From NCBI GenBank assembly GCA_043228905.1, contig JBHGNT010000021.1, positions 7,006,001 to 7,070,000 of the forward strand: a DNA stretch of 64,000 nt, read 5' to 3'. Of the stretch, positions 12,281-25,385 are shown piece by piece. The translations under genes and the position numbers were made by a program. This DNA is from Azolla caroliniana (taxonomy: Eukaryota > Plantae > Polypodiophyta). The notes under the pieces were generated by a model. It did not search any database. It saw only the letters and a program-made list of their open reading frames with translations, and was not told the DNA's origin. Within the stretch, counting starts at the first letter, position 1, and each line of letters opens with the position of its first letter.

Positions 12281-13377
12281 GTAGCTTTTATCGTCTCATA
12301 TTATCATAGGCTATCTTAATGGTTATGTTCTTGATTATGTATTACAAAGTCTTGGGTTTATGCCCAAGTGAAGCCATGATGTTTATGTATTCATGACATT
12401 AAGCAACAGACGATCACGTGATATGTGTGTGTATGTGTGTGAGAGGAAGAGAGAGGAAGTTACACTTATGAACAATAAAACAAATGGGGGATGATTAACA
12501 AGAGAGGAGGTAGATAACCTTTCTCTATATTAATAAGCATCAAGTTACAAAAATACCCACAATGTGGTATATATAGATCTCATGTGCAAGAGTGCACATG
12601 TGTGAGGAGAATATAGGTACAAAGATGTAAGTCCTATATTAAATGAACATGTGAGTAAAAAATCTAGAATGTATCCCACTTAAGCACATATTTCTATTTA
12701 AGGTCAACACACTAATTAAATTCTATTTAGGTAACTACTAAGTTATGTGGTTAACTAAATGGGTAAACTTCAGTTAGCTTGATATCTCAACAATATACAT
12801 ACAAATCATTCTCCCATTAGAAGAATAAGGGAAAGGGGATTATGCCTTATTGAAGTAACATCAGATATGATAAACAGAGAAGAAGATGATGAGAGGCTTT
12901 TGAGATGCAAAAGCAAGTTATTGATGAAAATGATGAAGTTCACGAGGATATCATTAATGAGCTTGAAGATATAGATGATGATGAAGTTAGAAATTAGAAT
13001 ATAATGGTTCATAAACTCTTTAATTAAATTTTTTCTTATGTTGGTGTGATTTGTCAAGTCCATTCATATTTCTAATAATGAGTGATTGTTCTTTTTTTAG
13101 TGAATTAATTAAGTTTTATTATGTAAATTTATTTTGCAAAATGAATGGTTTAATAATATGCTTGGGGCCATTCTATTCTCGAATATTGCGAATATGATGC
13201 GTGACGAATATCACGAATATCATGTATGTGTCAATCTATGGTTGTAATATCACGAAATCGGTTTGTCCCTTGTTTCCACTCATATGCCACACTTAGTTCT
13301 CTACTTTTGATTTCCCTATCTATTGGCTCTTTTTGCATATGTGGTCATAGAGGATGGTAGTGGTAGTTAGGAGTTGG

Positions 13378-13640
13378 CACTGGCTTGTTGCAATCCTAAA
13401 TCAAGCCGTTAAATTGTTTTTATGCGGTTTGGCAGTTTGGGGGTTTGGTTTGGCTCAGTTCAGGCTTGAGCGTTGTAAATAGGTTTGAGCTTGGTTTGAC
13501 AAGGCTAAAGTTGAACCGAATCAGATTGGGACAAACCGGTTAAGGCTAAATTGTTTGTTCAAATTGGTTAGGCCCAAGATTGAAAACTTCCAAACCGCTT
13601 AAGGCTTCATCTATTTGGTTTGGACAAGGCCAAACCAGTG
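13378..13640. mobile_element. small TIR element with GGTTT/AAACC repeats
   Basis: Inverted ends CACTGGCTTG / CAAACCAGTG; TSD not clean. Confidence 0.45.
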
Positions 13641-13887
13641 TCGTGAAAATCCATCACTATGTGCGGATTGTGAGGCGGAACCGTCGGGGTTATGGACATG
13701 AAGGAAATAGGGCTGACACGCACAACACAAGGAAGGCTTACACAAACAAGGCACGAGTATTCAAACGTGTTTGTAAAAAAGGAGAGGTGCATGGGCAAGC
13801 CCGAATCAACCCCTAGTCGCAAGGTGAACGAATGCACGTGAAGAAGGCTTACACACGGACACACAAGGAAGGCTTACACAAACAAGG

Positions 13888-16800
13888 TGTTGAGCGGCAA
13901 GCTCAACTGGAGCCGGATTGGCTGAATAAGCCTGAGTCGACAAGCGAGACGGATCGGTAAGCTGTGAGCAACCGAGCCGGCAAGCAACAAAGCCGGTGAG
14001 TTGGGGAGCTGGTTAGCTGGATCCAATCAGTAACCGGAAGCCTAGTATTAGTGTAGACTACTAGGCAATTATAGTCTCGTAGTAAGTGTCGAATGCTCAT
14101 GTGAGCATTGAAGTACGCGGTACTTTTGTCAGTCCCACGAGGACTTGTATAAATAGTGCTACTGAGCACAATTGTAAAGACAGAGAGTGAATATATCGTT
14201 TTTGAATATATTTTTTACGTTTTGCTCTCTCTGTCTCTCCCATGTACTCTGTATATTCCCTACGTTCTCTGTTTTCTAACGCTTTCACAAGTAATCATTT
14301 TCATGGTATCAGAGCGCGAGGGTTGAGAACCTCCTCTGCAGCCGACAAACGCTTGAAAGCAAACCCTAACAGGTCGTAAAACAACAGACAGAGAAGTGAT
14401 AGATAGAGGGATGGCTAGCTCGCTCCCTATGGAGAAACTCGACAGATACAACTATGCATCTTGGTCGTATAAGATGCACCAGTACCTGCTTGGGCATGGC
14501 TACTGGAGTTTCGTCGAAGGAGCCAACGAAATAGCACCTGATGCGGCACATAAGGACTTCCCAGTGTGGGAACAAGCAGCAAGCAGAGTGATGTACTGCT
14601 TCGCGTCCAGTGTCGGAGACCAGCTGTTGAGCCACATCCGAGACGCCAAGACGTCGAAGGAGGCTTGGGGGAACCTGAAGAAGGTTTTCACCGCAAGCAT
14701 TAAAGCCCGGAAGCTGCAACTCCTACAGGAGTTGAGCAATGTCCGACAGAAGGACATGTCGGTGGTGGATTACACGGCCCGAATCAAAGAGATATGTGAC
14801 TCGCTTGCCTCTATCAATGTTACCGTAGAGGAAGACGAGATGGTACAGGTCTATCTTGGGGTCCTGGCGTCTAAGTTCAGAGCATTCCGAACAGCGGTAT
14901 GTACAAGGGAGAATACGCCGTCATTTTTCGACTTACAGTCGATGCTCCTTGTAAAGGAGAACCACGCCGGTGCGTCAACTAGCGTACCCACTGATAGTCG
15001 GATGATGTACACGAAGACAGATCGGTCCCGTGGGCGTGGTGGACGAGGCGGATCGGCACGCAATGGAGGCGGCCGGCAAGAGCAAGAACGAAGGCACAGA
15101 GAACGTGCCGATAGCAGTTCTGGGACTTCCACAGGCAGGGGGAGTCAAGGCGGTGCCCGAGGCCGGCAAGACAAATCTGCAACGGAATGCTGGTACTGTG
15201 GCAAAAAGGGCCACATAGAGAGCGAGTGCTGGAGAAAACGCGCCGATTTGGACAAATCCGGATCCGGGAAGGCCAGCAAGGATGGCCGGCAAAGCTCGCA
15301 CTACGCGAAGGGATCGAGAGGATCCAAGAACGGTAACGGGTCAGGCCAGCCTTGGTGATGAAGCACGAGGCGAACTCAATGAATAAGACCACTTCCAAAT
15401 AGGAGGAAGTGTGGTATATTGATTCTGGTGCGTCGAACCACATGACGAGCCACAAAGAGTGGTTCTCCTTTTTGGAGAAACCGGATCAATCAAGAGTAGT
15501 CGAAACCGGAGACGACACTCCTCACCCAATTGTGCACGTCAGAGAAGTCCCTTTGAGCCACGTCGGACAGAAGGGGAAGTTGATGAACGTATTACACGTT
15601 CTGACAATCACGAAGACAGATCGTTGACCAAGGGATGCAGGTGCGGTTTATGCACCTCGGGTGCTTCATCGAGGAAGAGGGCCAAATTATTGCGCAAGGG
15701 CGCAGAGACGGGAGGATGTTTATCCTCGACACTAATGACGTTGGCATCGCTCTGTTTGCAAAAGGACAAAAGGTCGAATCGGACATCGAACTGTGGCACA
15801 AGCGGATAGCCCACGTCAATTACCAGAGGCTTCAAGACCTGCAAGCGAAACAAGTTGTTTTCGGTTTGCCGAAGTTCAGCGGCCGGAAGGCCCAAGTATG
15901 TGAAGCCTTCCATTCCCTACCGAACGTAACTGGAGCCGTAACAAGCTCGACCTTATCCATTCGAATGTGTGGGGACCGGCACAGAATGTTAGTCTTGGCG
16001 GGAGTCGATATTTCGTCTCCTTCATCGACGACTATACGCAGCACACATGGATCTACCTCATTGAGCAGAAGAGTGAAGTCTTTGAGTGTTTCCGGAGTCT
16101 CCAAAGCATGGTGGAACGGGAATCGGAGAGGAAGATCAAATGTTTGCGGTCGGATGGCGGGAAAGAATACTTTTTCGGCCAATTCAACAGTTATCTGCAG
16201 CAAACGAGAATTCGGCGAGAGTTCAACTGCAGATACACACCGCAACAAAACGGTGTTGCCGAGAGGAAGAACCGGTCGCTTATTGATGTGGCAAGGGCAA
16301 TGCTAGAGGAGAAGAGCATGCCCAAATTCTACTAGGCGGAGGCTGTCCGAATGGCTGTCTAGATCCAAAACCGGATCGGTGACAAGGTGTCAGCTCATGA
16401 GCTGTATTTCGGGCGGAAGCCGAATTTGAGACACCTTAAGATCTTCGGTAGCATTGCATATGTGCATGTACTGGATGAGAAGCGGAGGAAGCTGGATGCA
16501 AAATTGGAAAAATGCATCCTAGTCGGCTATGCTCAAGAGCAAAAGGGTTATAAGTGTTATAACCCCCAAACAAGGCAGGTCCGAGTTAGTCGAGATGTCG
16601 AGTTTGATGAATCGGCATCGTGGTACTCCTTACCGACTCCGAACCGGCCCAGGTAGAGGATGATGAAGCGTGGACTCGGGATGAGAGTCCGGAATCGTTC
16701 CGGTGGAGCAGACCGAACGAGAGATTGAGTCACTCTGACCAGTCCAATGAGGAACAAGCGAGTAGTGGAGACTCTGTCGTGCACTCCCCACACAAGGAAC

Positions 16801-19581
16801 CGAGGAGACGGCTCACGCCCAAATAGAAGGGGAAGAAGAAGATGCCGGAATTCGAATCCGGCAACGATGAGTCGGATCGGTCTGCATCCAACTCTGGCAA
16901 GGAGAAAGGCGGATCTTCGGCAATGAAGACCGAACTAGCTAAGAAGGGCCTCAAACCGGGTAACAGTGAGTTACGTCGGTCCACCCGCAAGAAGGATCTC
17001 GTCAAGTAGTACGGGTACAATGAGTACATGGCGCATCACTATGCATACATGACTAAGGTGGCGGAAGTGTGTGAGCCGGAGAGCTACGCAGAAGCGGCCA
17101 AGGACACAAATTGGCATGCCGCTATGGAGGAAGAAATGCGGGCACTTGATGTCAACAAGACATGGGACCTGGTTGACCCTCCTCGTCATTGTAAACCGAT
17201 CGGATGCAAGTGGATATACAAGGTAAAGTACAACGTTGACGGTTCTGTTAACCGGTATAAAGCCCAGTTAGTGGCGAAGGGATATGCGCAGATCCACGAA
17301 ATCGACTACGACGAGACCTTCGCTCCTGTAGCGAAGATGACGACGGTTCGAGTGGTGCTGGCTGTTGTTGTGGCAAGGGGGTGGCATCTTCATCAGAGGG
17401 ATGTGAAGAATGCATTTCTTCAAGGTGATCTTGAAGAAGAAGTCTTTATGACTCAGCCTCCTGGTTTTCAATCAGAGATGAACAAGTCGGCGGTATACCG
17501 GCTGAAGAAGTCATTGTACGGCCTGAAGCAAGCCCCTCGAACTTGGAATGCGAAGATCAGGCACCAGTTGCATAAGATGGGGTTTGTGGCCTCCAAATCG
17601 GACTCTTCATTGTTCACCCGGCAAGGCTCAGCCAGTCCGATATGTATATTGTTGTATGTTGATGATCTCGTCATCACCGAACCGGGTGTCCTCGAAATCA
17701 ACCGCGTCAAGTCCCAGTTGTCAGACGCATTTGAGATGAAGGATCTGGGGGACCTTCATTATTTTCTAGGGATCGAGGTGATCCGAACCCCGTACGGAAT
17801 ATTGCTCTCACAACGACATTACGTCTTGATTATGTTGTACAAGTTCGGCATGACAGAATGCCGACCTGTATCCACACCCTTGGACCGGAACTAGAAGCTT
17901 CATCCCAACTCCGGACCGGGCTGCAACGAGCAACGGTTCCGACAAATTGTCGGAAGCCTTATTTACTTGACTATCACGCGACCCGACATCAGCTATCTGG
18001 TCGGAATGATAAGTCAGTTCATGCAGAAGCCGACCGTGGAGCACCTTCAGTGTGCGCAACGGATATTGCAGTATGTCAGTGGCACCAAAGACCAAGGACT
18101 GTTATACCAGCGAGGTATAACCGAAGAGCTCGTCGGTTACACGGATGCCGACTGGGCCGGCAATGCATCAGATCGCCGATCAACCTCTGGTTACATGTTT
18201 TCCCTAGGTAGCACGGTTGTTGCGTGGAGCAGTAAAAAGCAGCCAACAGTTGCTCTGTCGAGCACTGAGGCTGAGTATCAGGGCGCTACCATTGCCACCT
18301 GTGAAGCCATTTGGCTTTGGCGACTGCTGCAAGACTTACGGATCGAGGTACCGACCCCAATTCTGGTCTACTGCGACAACACAAGCAGCATGCAACTCGC
18401 CAAGAACCCCATATTGCATGCTCGCACAAAACACATAGAAGTGCACTATCACTTCGTGTGTGAGCGTGTCCTGAGCGGTGAGGTTGAACTTCGGTATTTT
18501 CACACGGATCGGCAAGTTGCCGACATCTTCACCAAACCACTCGGCTTGGACAAGTTGCAACACTTCACCGAAATGCTTGGTGTTCAGCATCTCGACGTGC
18601 CACACTTGAGGGGGAGAATGGGCAAAGACACCGGAACGGGCAAAGGCAAAGAGACTGTCGATTGTGCCGGTGAGGGAAGAATAGAAGGCAGCAAAGTCAA
18701 GGACAGAGCCGACCGAAGGAAGGAGGCCAAGACCCGGACATGGTCTGATGTGGTGAAGGGCTTGGAACCAGAAGACGAATCGGGAGCAACCAATTCGGAC
18801 AAGAGTTGGAACGAATCGGAGACAGTCGATTCGGTTCAAAAGACAGATTCGGAAGAACTGGATCAATTCAAGGCCAAGCAGACATGGATGCAGCGGAAGT
18901 CGATGCCATCGCGGAGAAACCGACGGATCGATAAGCGCCGGAGTCATAGCAACGAAGGAGTTGAGAGGGGCCTATTGAACAGACGTACTGACCGAGAAGG
19001 TCGAGGCGCGCAGAACAAGAGGGGTCGCGGCAAATAGAACCGGACAGGACGAGGAGCGCGAGCAAGGCGGAGCGACGTCAGGAGAAGTCGGTTGGAAGAA
19101 CCGGCTGCCACAGAGACTGACACTAAGATCCAACCTCAAGTTGAGCTTGAGGGGGAGTGTTGAGTGGCAAGCTCAACTGGAGCCAGATCAGCTGAATAAG
19201 CCTGAGCCAGCAAGCGAGACGGATCAGTAAGCTATGAGCAACTGAGCCAGCAAGCAACAGAGTCGGTGAGCTGGGGAGCTGGGGAGCTGGGGAGCCGGAT
19301 CCAATCAGTAACCGGAAGCCTAGTATTAGTGTAGACTACTAGGCAATTATAGTCTCGTAGTAAGTGTCAAATGCTCGTGTGAGCATTGAAGTACGCGGTA
19401 CTTTTGTTAGTCCCACGAGGACTTGTATAAATAGTGCTACTGAGCACAATTGTAAAGACAGAGAGTGAATATATCATTTTTTAATATAGTTTTTACGTTT
19501 TGCTCTCTCTGTCTCTCTTGTGTACTCTGTATATTCCCTGCGATCTCCGTTTTCTAACGCTTCCGCAACTAATCGTTTTCA
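13888..19581 (+). mobile_element. full-length but decayed Ty1/Copia LTR retrotransposon
   Basis: LTRs 13888-14303 and 19158-19581 (TG..CA, visibly diverged); TSD CAAGG; PBS TGGTATCAGAGC 14304-14315; PPT GAGGGGGAG 19149-19157. Gag with CWYCGKKGHIESEC, protease WYIDSGAS, integrase, RT LYVDDL and RNaseH YTDADWA; multiple stops and frameshifts. Confidence 0.95.
14411..19037 (+). pseudogene. broken Copia gag-pol polyprotein
   Basis: ORF-track pieces 14396-15358, 15409-15627, 15967-16335, 16387-16656, 17028-17894 and 17967-19037 fall in Gag-PR-IN-RT-RH order. Confidence 0.9.
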
Positions 19582-19679
19582 CAAGGCACGAGTATTCGAA
19601 TGTGTTTGTAAAAAGGAGAGGTGCATGGGTAAGCCTGAATCAATCTCTAGTGACAAGGAGAACAAATGCACTTGAGGGA

Positions 19680-21041
19680 TCGATGGATATCATGAGTGAT
19701 CGAGATCCAAAGTTTAGTAGTGCCTTTTGAACGCAAGTCTTTAAGAAGTTAGAAACCACGTTCAGCATGAGCTCCACGGATCATCCTCAATCTAATGAAC
19801 AAATAGAATGAGTAAATCAAATTATTGAGGACATGCTTCGAGCATACGTTGGTGCAAAACCAAAAAAATGGGAACGTTATCTCCCAATTTTGGAGTTTGC
19901 TTATAATAGCTCCAAGCATACGTTGACAAAATATAGTCCTTTTATGTTGATGTATGGTTTTCAGCCACAAGCCTCGATTGATGTTAATATACATCATGAT
20001 GAGTTGCGAAGTATGCAAAACTGTCTTTGGGATATGCAAGATATGTTGCATATTGCACGAGATAATATAAAAACAGCTCAACATAGAGTGCGCGTTTTTA
20101 CCCTGTGTATAAAAATAGCTCAAGATCATAATAGGCAACCTCATGTATTCAACCCTGGATAGAAGGCGTTTTTATGTGTATCTCACTTTCTAAGACATTG
20201 TCTACGGGTAAGTGTGTTAAGTTAGCCCCACGGTTTTGTGAACCTTTTTCAAGTCCTCAAACGCATTGGTTCATCAGCCTATCATCTCGCTCTTCCCGAA
20301 GGCGTTGAAATTCATCCAGTTTTTCATGTAAGTCGTCTAAAAGAACTTCTAGGTTTTGGCGACAATACAGTTACAACTGAAACTCTAGTTACTTCTGAAG
20401 AATTATCTTCTAAATCACATGTACTAGAAAGAATTCTAGATTTAAAATAAAAAATCTGCGTACTAAAATAATCCAAGAATTTATAATTAAATGGATGGAT
20501 AAATCTATCAAAGATGCCACATGGGAACGCGAACTAACTTACCTAACTTTCCATTGCAAGAGTGCAATGTTTTAAAGAGGGGGAGTATGTTACGAGCATG
20601 ACCATATAATATCCCGTGGTGAGAATTTACCGTAGTATTCTATACACGTGGATAAGTGTGAGGGTTAAACAAGAGTGTAAAGAAAGGGAGGATTACTTTT
20701 AATCCTCAGGATTGAGACAACCCATTAGGCCAAGTGTGAACTTGCCTGGGGGCCTTGGGTCTCGCTATAAATATGAGGCCTAGCTACCCTCACTTCATCA
20801 TCTCTTGACTACGTCGAGACTTTGTTTCGTGGTGGGTCAACTCTTGTAGCAAGCGCGCCAGCACCAGGTACGACTCGACGCCACAACGGTGGTATGGGAC
20901 GTTGATCGAGGCTCGAGTCTATCTCGATCCCTTCGCTCGGGGGTGGTCGATTGGATCGCCACCCTTCTTTCTCTCTCTCCTTTCTTATTTCATATATATT
21001 ATATCTTTATCATATGCTTACATTAGATCATCACTCTAACA
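19680..21041 (+). mobile_element. 3' part of a decayed Ty3/Gypsy chromovirus (integrase, chromodomain, PPT, 3' LTR)
   Basis: SDRDPKF, MLRAYV..WERYLPILEFAYNSSKH, AYHLALP..IHPVFHVSRLK and a chromodomain-like ERILD..FIIKW..DATWE. PPT AAGAGGGGGAG at ~20576; LTR from TGTTACG at 20588 (end approximate). Confidence 0.85.
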
Positions 21042-21745
21042 ACGTTGGTGCACCGAAATCAACCAATGAAGAAGATGGTGAATCAATAAGTCGCAACCAA
21101 CAAATCAGTGCCAAAAGAGGAGCGACAATAGACATTCACAAGAACTTATTGGCAGCTCTCCAAACACTTCCAAATCCCACACCGGAAAACTACAAAGAGG
21201 TGCAAGTCGGGATAGGAGGCGATAGCCAATATGTGACTACGAGAAGGTTTGGTGTTCATGTTGCGATGGCTTGACCTTGATGTCAAGGAACTCAATTGTT
21301 GCATGTTGTAAAAAGTGTGGTTGCAATTTGCAATCATCTCGACATGAGCCATAACCTTATGTAACGTGTGTATTCAAATTTCACTTTAGGGTTTTCGCCT
21401 TTGGATTTTGGACATTGTTGACATTTGAAGTTTTAATCTTATATGTAAGTGTTATTTGAAGCTTGGAGGCATAAGTTTATGTGATTTTTGAGTTTTTAAG
21501 CTTTAAGTTTTGTGCAATTGGAAGTTTAGGGGTATTGTTTGAATAATGTTTATGTAACATTTTCATGGCAAATTTCTGTTTTACACTTGGAAATTTTTTG
21601 GAGTTATTGATGTTTGTTTTCTGGCTCCTGATATGAGTCAATCGGGCTCCTGGTGACAGTCTACAGAGGTTGTCAGACAATTGGGCTCTTGGTGACAGAG
21701 TCGGGCTCCTAATGACAGACCCTATTAGCTTTTTATCTACACCAG

Positions 21746-21989
21746 ATGGTGCAGATCGCGTGTGCCCTAAGCTGAGCGACCTGCACCGCCCCTGCCCGTG
21801 ATTCCCTCACACTGTCCTCTGTCGGTGATTCCCTCAGAGTGTCCTCTTTAATATCTGGTAGTAGTTAATGGTGCGGATCGCGTGTGCCCTAAGCTGAGCG
21901 ACCTGCACCGCCCCTGCTCGTGATTTCCTCACACTGTCCTCTGCCGGTGATTCCCTCAAAGTGTCCTCTTTAATATCTGGTAGTAGTTA
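21746..21989. repeat. two ~122-bp GC-rich tandem units, each with a hairpin, just upstream of the TCP gene
   Basis: atggtgc.gatcgcgtgtgccctaagctgagcgacctgcacc...atatctggtagtagtta occurs twice; stem GGTGCAGATCGC/GCGACCTGCACC. Confidence 0.85.
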
Positions 21990-22248
21990 GACATGAGGTA
22001 TACATAATGTACATTATACATATGTATATATGTAGTAAGTAGTCTTAGAACTTAGAAGGAAGCTTTTCCTTCCTATCATTTGTTATTTATTGAGCCACAC
22101 ACACACAAACACGGAGCCAAACAGACAGACAGACACAGAAGAGAAGGGCTTTCCAGAGCTTTGGAAGGTCGGTCCTTCTGAAATTAGAGAAGGTTCCCGC
22201 AGAGACAGAGACAGACAGACAGACAGACAAAGCGGTCTGAGAGAAACC

Positions 22249-23781
22249 ATGGCTTTCCCACATCCTCATCATCATCTTCATCCTCATCCTCATCCTCAGC
22301 ATGAGCAGGGATACAACCACTTTGAAAGGAAATCAGATCATCATGCCTCCCTACGTCCTCCATCGCTCGCATTATACCATCAATTACCACTCCCCCACCT
22401 TGCCCCTTCCCCTTCCCCTGCCTCTGTCCCTCCTCCATCTCTGGTTCAAGCTATGCTTGCTGCGATCTCAGACAGGCCAGAATCGTCGTCTGATGCCATG
22501 ATGATCAAATCGGCGTTGGATATCTCGCACCCTGGCCCTCCTTTGGGATCAGCTTCCGATGATGTTGTTTCGCATCCGGACCCTCCAGCCGGATCAGCCA
22601 CAGGTATCCCGCCTCTTCCTCGGAGATCGAAGAAGCGACGAGATGGGCATACTAAGGTCGACGGGAGGGGGACTAGAATCCGCCTGCCTGCCATTTGTGC
22701 AGCTCGCCTATTTCAACTCACACGGGAACTGGGGCATAAGTCTGATGGAGAAACAATCGAGTGGCTCTTACGCAAAGCGGAACCCTCGATTGTCGCAGCC
22801 ACTGGATCTGGCTCTGTCCCTGCTGCGTTTGTTTTGACCTCTGGATCTAAGTCTAGATTGGCAGCGGGGTCCGCCGTACCAGCATCATCATCACCATCGC
22901 AATCAGCCACATTGAAATCACCTTCATCATTCATGGCCCCATTGACATCACCATCATCATCATCAATGGCCACTGCAGCAGCATCATCATCTTCATTGTC
23001 TTCTCATGCTCAACCCAGCTATGGTTCTTCTCAGAGGTATTCCCCACCTCGGCATCGGGCTGATGATGATGGGTTGCCCCACCTTGCTTCCTCCCCTCTC
23101 GAGGATGATGTTAAGCCAGCTTTCACACACAGCCATTTCCATCAATGGATGAACACATCGACATCTTCGTCACCTCCTCATATAGATGTAAAGAAGGTCG
23201 CGAGACACAGATCCGATGCTGTGGATTCTAGTGAAGAAAGCAACAGGAGATTGAAAAGAGAGGGAGAACAACCCAAAAGAGATGATGATGATGACGATAA
23301 CGATGACAGTAGTAGACCCGTATTTCCCACGGCAAAAAGGTCGGCTATCCATCCTTTTCCTTCAGCCAATCTGGACACAGCTCGATCATCATCTATGAAT
23401 GAATGCTCCTCTTTGGGTGTTATGTGGACAAATGGTCATCGATTATGGAACCCCCTTTTTGCTCCACCCGCCCACATGACTCCCTTTTCAATGTCAAGGG
23501 GAGATGGAGATAGAGTAGATGACATTATAAATTCGACTGACGGTTCGGGTTCTTATCATTCTTTCCCTGTGCTTCATTTGAATTCTATGCAGCACCATCA
23601 TGAGCAAGGAGTAGAGGAGGTAGAGAATGGAGGTAAATCAGATAACGGGGGGTTGAATGAATCAGATCCTACTTCAGAACATGATCATAGAAAACAGGGA
23701 AAAGAAGAATATGAAGATGAAGATGAAGATGAAGAAGAAGAGGAAGAGGAAGAGGAAGATGAGTCACATGGAGATGACTGA
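22249..23781 (+). CDS. TCP: class I (PCF-type) TCP transcription factor, intronless, ~510 aa
   Basis: [54 protein letters not shown] is a class I TCP domain. ATG in good context (ACCATGG); His/Pro-rich N-terminus and acidic C-terminus. Confidence 0.93.
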   Translation: MAFPHPHHHLHPHPHPQHEQGYNHFERKSDHHASLRPPSLALYHQLPLPHLAPSPSPASVPPPSLVQAMLAAISDRPESSSDAMMIKSALDISHPGPPLGSASDDVVSHPDPPAGSATGIPPLPRRSKKRRDGHTKVDGRGTRIRLPAICAARLFQLTRELGHKSDGETIEWLLRKAEPSIVAATGSGSVPAAFVLTSGSKSRLAAGSAVPASSSPSQSATLKSPSSFMAPLTSPSSSSMATAAASSSSLSSHAQPSYGSSQRYSPPRHRADDDGLPHLASSPLEDDVKPAFTHSHFHQWMNTSTSSSPPHIDVKKVARHRSDAVDSSEESNRRLKREGEQPKRDDDDDDNDDSSRPVFPTAKRSAIHPFPSANLDTARSSSMNECSSLGVMWTNGHRLWNPLFAPPAHMTPFSMSRGDGDRVDDIINSTDGSGSYHSFPVLHLNSMQHHHEQGVEEVENGGKSDNGGLNESDPTSEHDHRKQGKEEYEDEDEDEEEEEEEEEDESHGDD

Positions 23782-25385
23782 TATGATGAATGAAAGCTAT
23801 AGGAAGATATGGTGCTTGAATTGTATCAACATTGTTCTACTTGTATGAAAGGATATTGTTTTTTGTTTCAAAATTCTCATTAGTTGGGTTTTGCTTGCTA
23901 CTATTATCAGATTTTTATTGCTTCAGTTGTCATGATATCAGTGTTTGACAATGCCATATAATACAAGTATGTTTATGTTAAAGGATTGATATTACCAACC
24001 CATGTCCTGGATCAGTTTGCAAAAATCAGGTGTTTAGTCTTTGTTCTTGCATCTAATAACCCTGTATTTGTATTATGCCTGTATCTGGATAATGGGCTGT
24101 AGGTAAAGTGAATCCTTCAGCCTTGTTTGTGATGTTCATATACAAACAAAAAGGTCTAATGCAAAAGGACGCTCTGGTTTAGTACATGCGGAATAGAAAT
24201 ATGTACACATGTTCTGGTTTCATATATACGGTCGCAGAATTGTGTTCTCGCTAGTTTATCATATATGTATATTACACAGTTATAACTGTGTGTTTTGGAA
24301 CAGCAACTTCATGCTCTCAATATCTCACCATCGACAACATGGTCTTCTCATCTTTCTATTTCCAAATTACAGCTTTAGAAAGTTTACTGTGAATTCAAAT
24401 CGAAGTTTAGCATAAATCACTCTTCGACCAGGGAATCTGTTTTTTTTCAAACAATCAAGAATTCAATTGGGTATCAGAAGGTAAAAAAGACATGAATTAT
24501 TTCTGTAAAAAACTTGACCTACATTTGAAGGCATGGTCACGTTTATACAGTGAAATCAGTGAAATCAGATCTAAGTTTAGCATAAAGATATGTGCATAAT
24601 AAATCACTCATGGGCTAGGGAAATATTTTTTCTTAGCGATCAAGAATTCAATTAGGTATCAGAAGGCAAATAACCCGAGTGACATTAATATTTCTTTCTT
24701 TCATTCTTTCTAACAAACTGACCTACATTAGATGGTCACTCAGGTTATTCCAACTAATGCGAATGTAGAGAGCATAAGAAAAAATAAAACTGCAACGGTA
24801 CACATCTTCCCATTTCTGATTATCATGCCACCGTTTACATTGGTTTTTATGCTTAGAATTAGGTTTCATAAAACATGAAACCTACCCAACGTTCCTTTTA
24901 TCTTCATCTATATCTTGACTGTGGTCAGAGATGTGTATAGATGTGACATAAATTATGTCTCATTCTCATGCATAATTGGAGTAATTTATAAACTTGGAAT
25001 ATATAGATAGAGGTTATTCTACATCAGTTTTGTTGTAAGATATGATCTAAATAAAAAAATATCGAGCTCAGTAAATAACGGCTGTTTCATAAAACAGAAC
25101 CATGAAAGCATCATTTAAAAACGGTAAATTATAGCCACAAATTCCCTGCAATAAAGAAGTCTGGAGTAACCAGAGTTAAAAGGGAAGTCACTGTAGTTAC
25201 AGATAATTCTGTAGTTAGCTACTGATATTTATGTAAATAATCACTAAGGCTTTAATATCTCGCTATATACACGAATAAGCATGGATGGCATTTTCATTAT
25301 CTCACAGTCGCAACTTATGTCTGATGACTCATATGAATTTATGAGCCAAATAAAAAGAGAACAATCATACATTACTGACACTGTT

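Noticed and set aside
15340-15420. Programmed gag-pol frameshift in the old Copia
   Set aside because: The element has many other lesions and no slippery site was recognised; decay is the simpler explanation.
22090-22248. N-terminal extension of the TCP ORF
   Set aside because: Non-ATG start in a microsatellite-rich leader; ATG 22249 has strong context.
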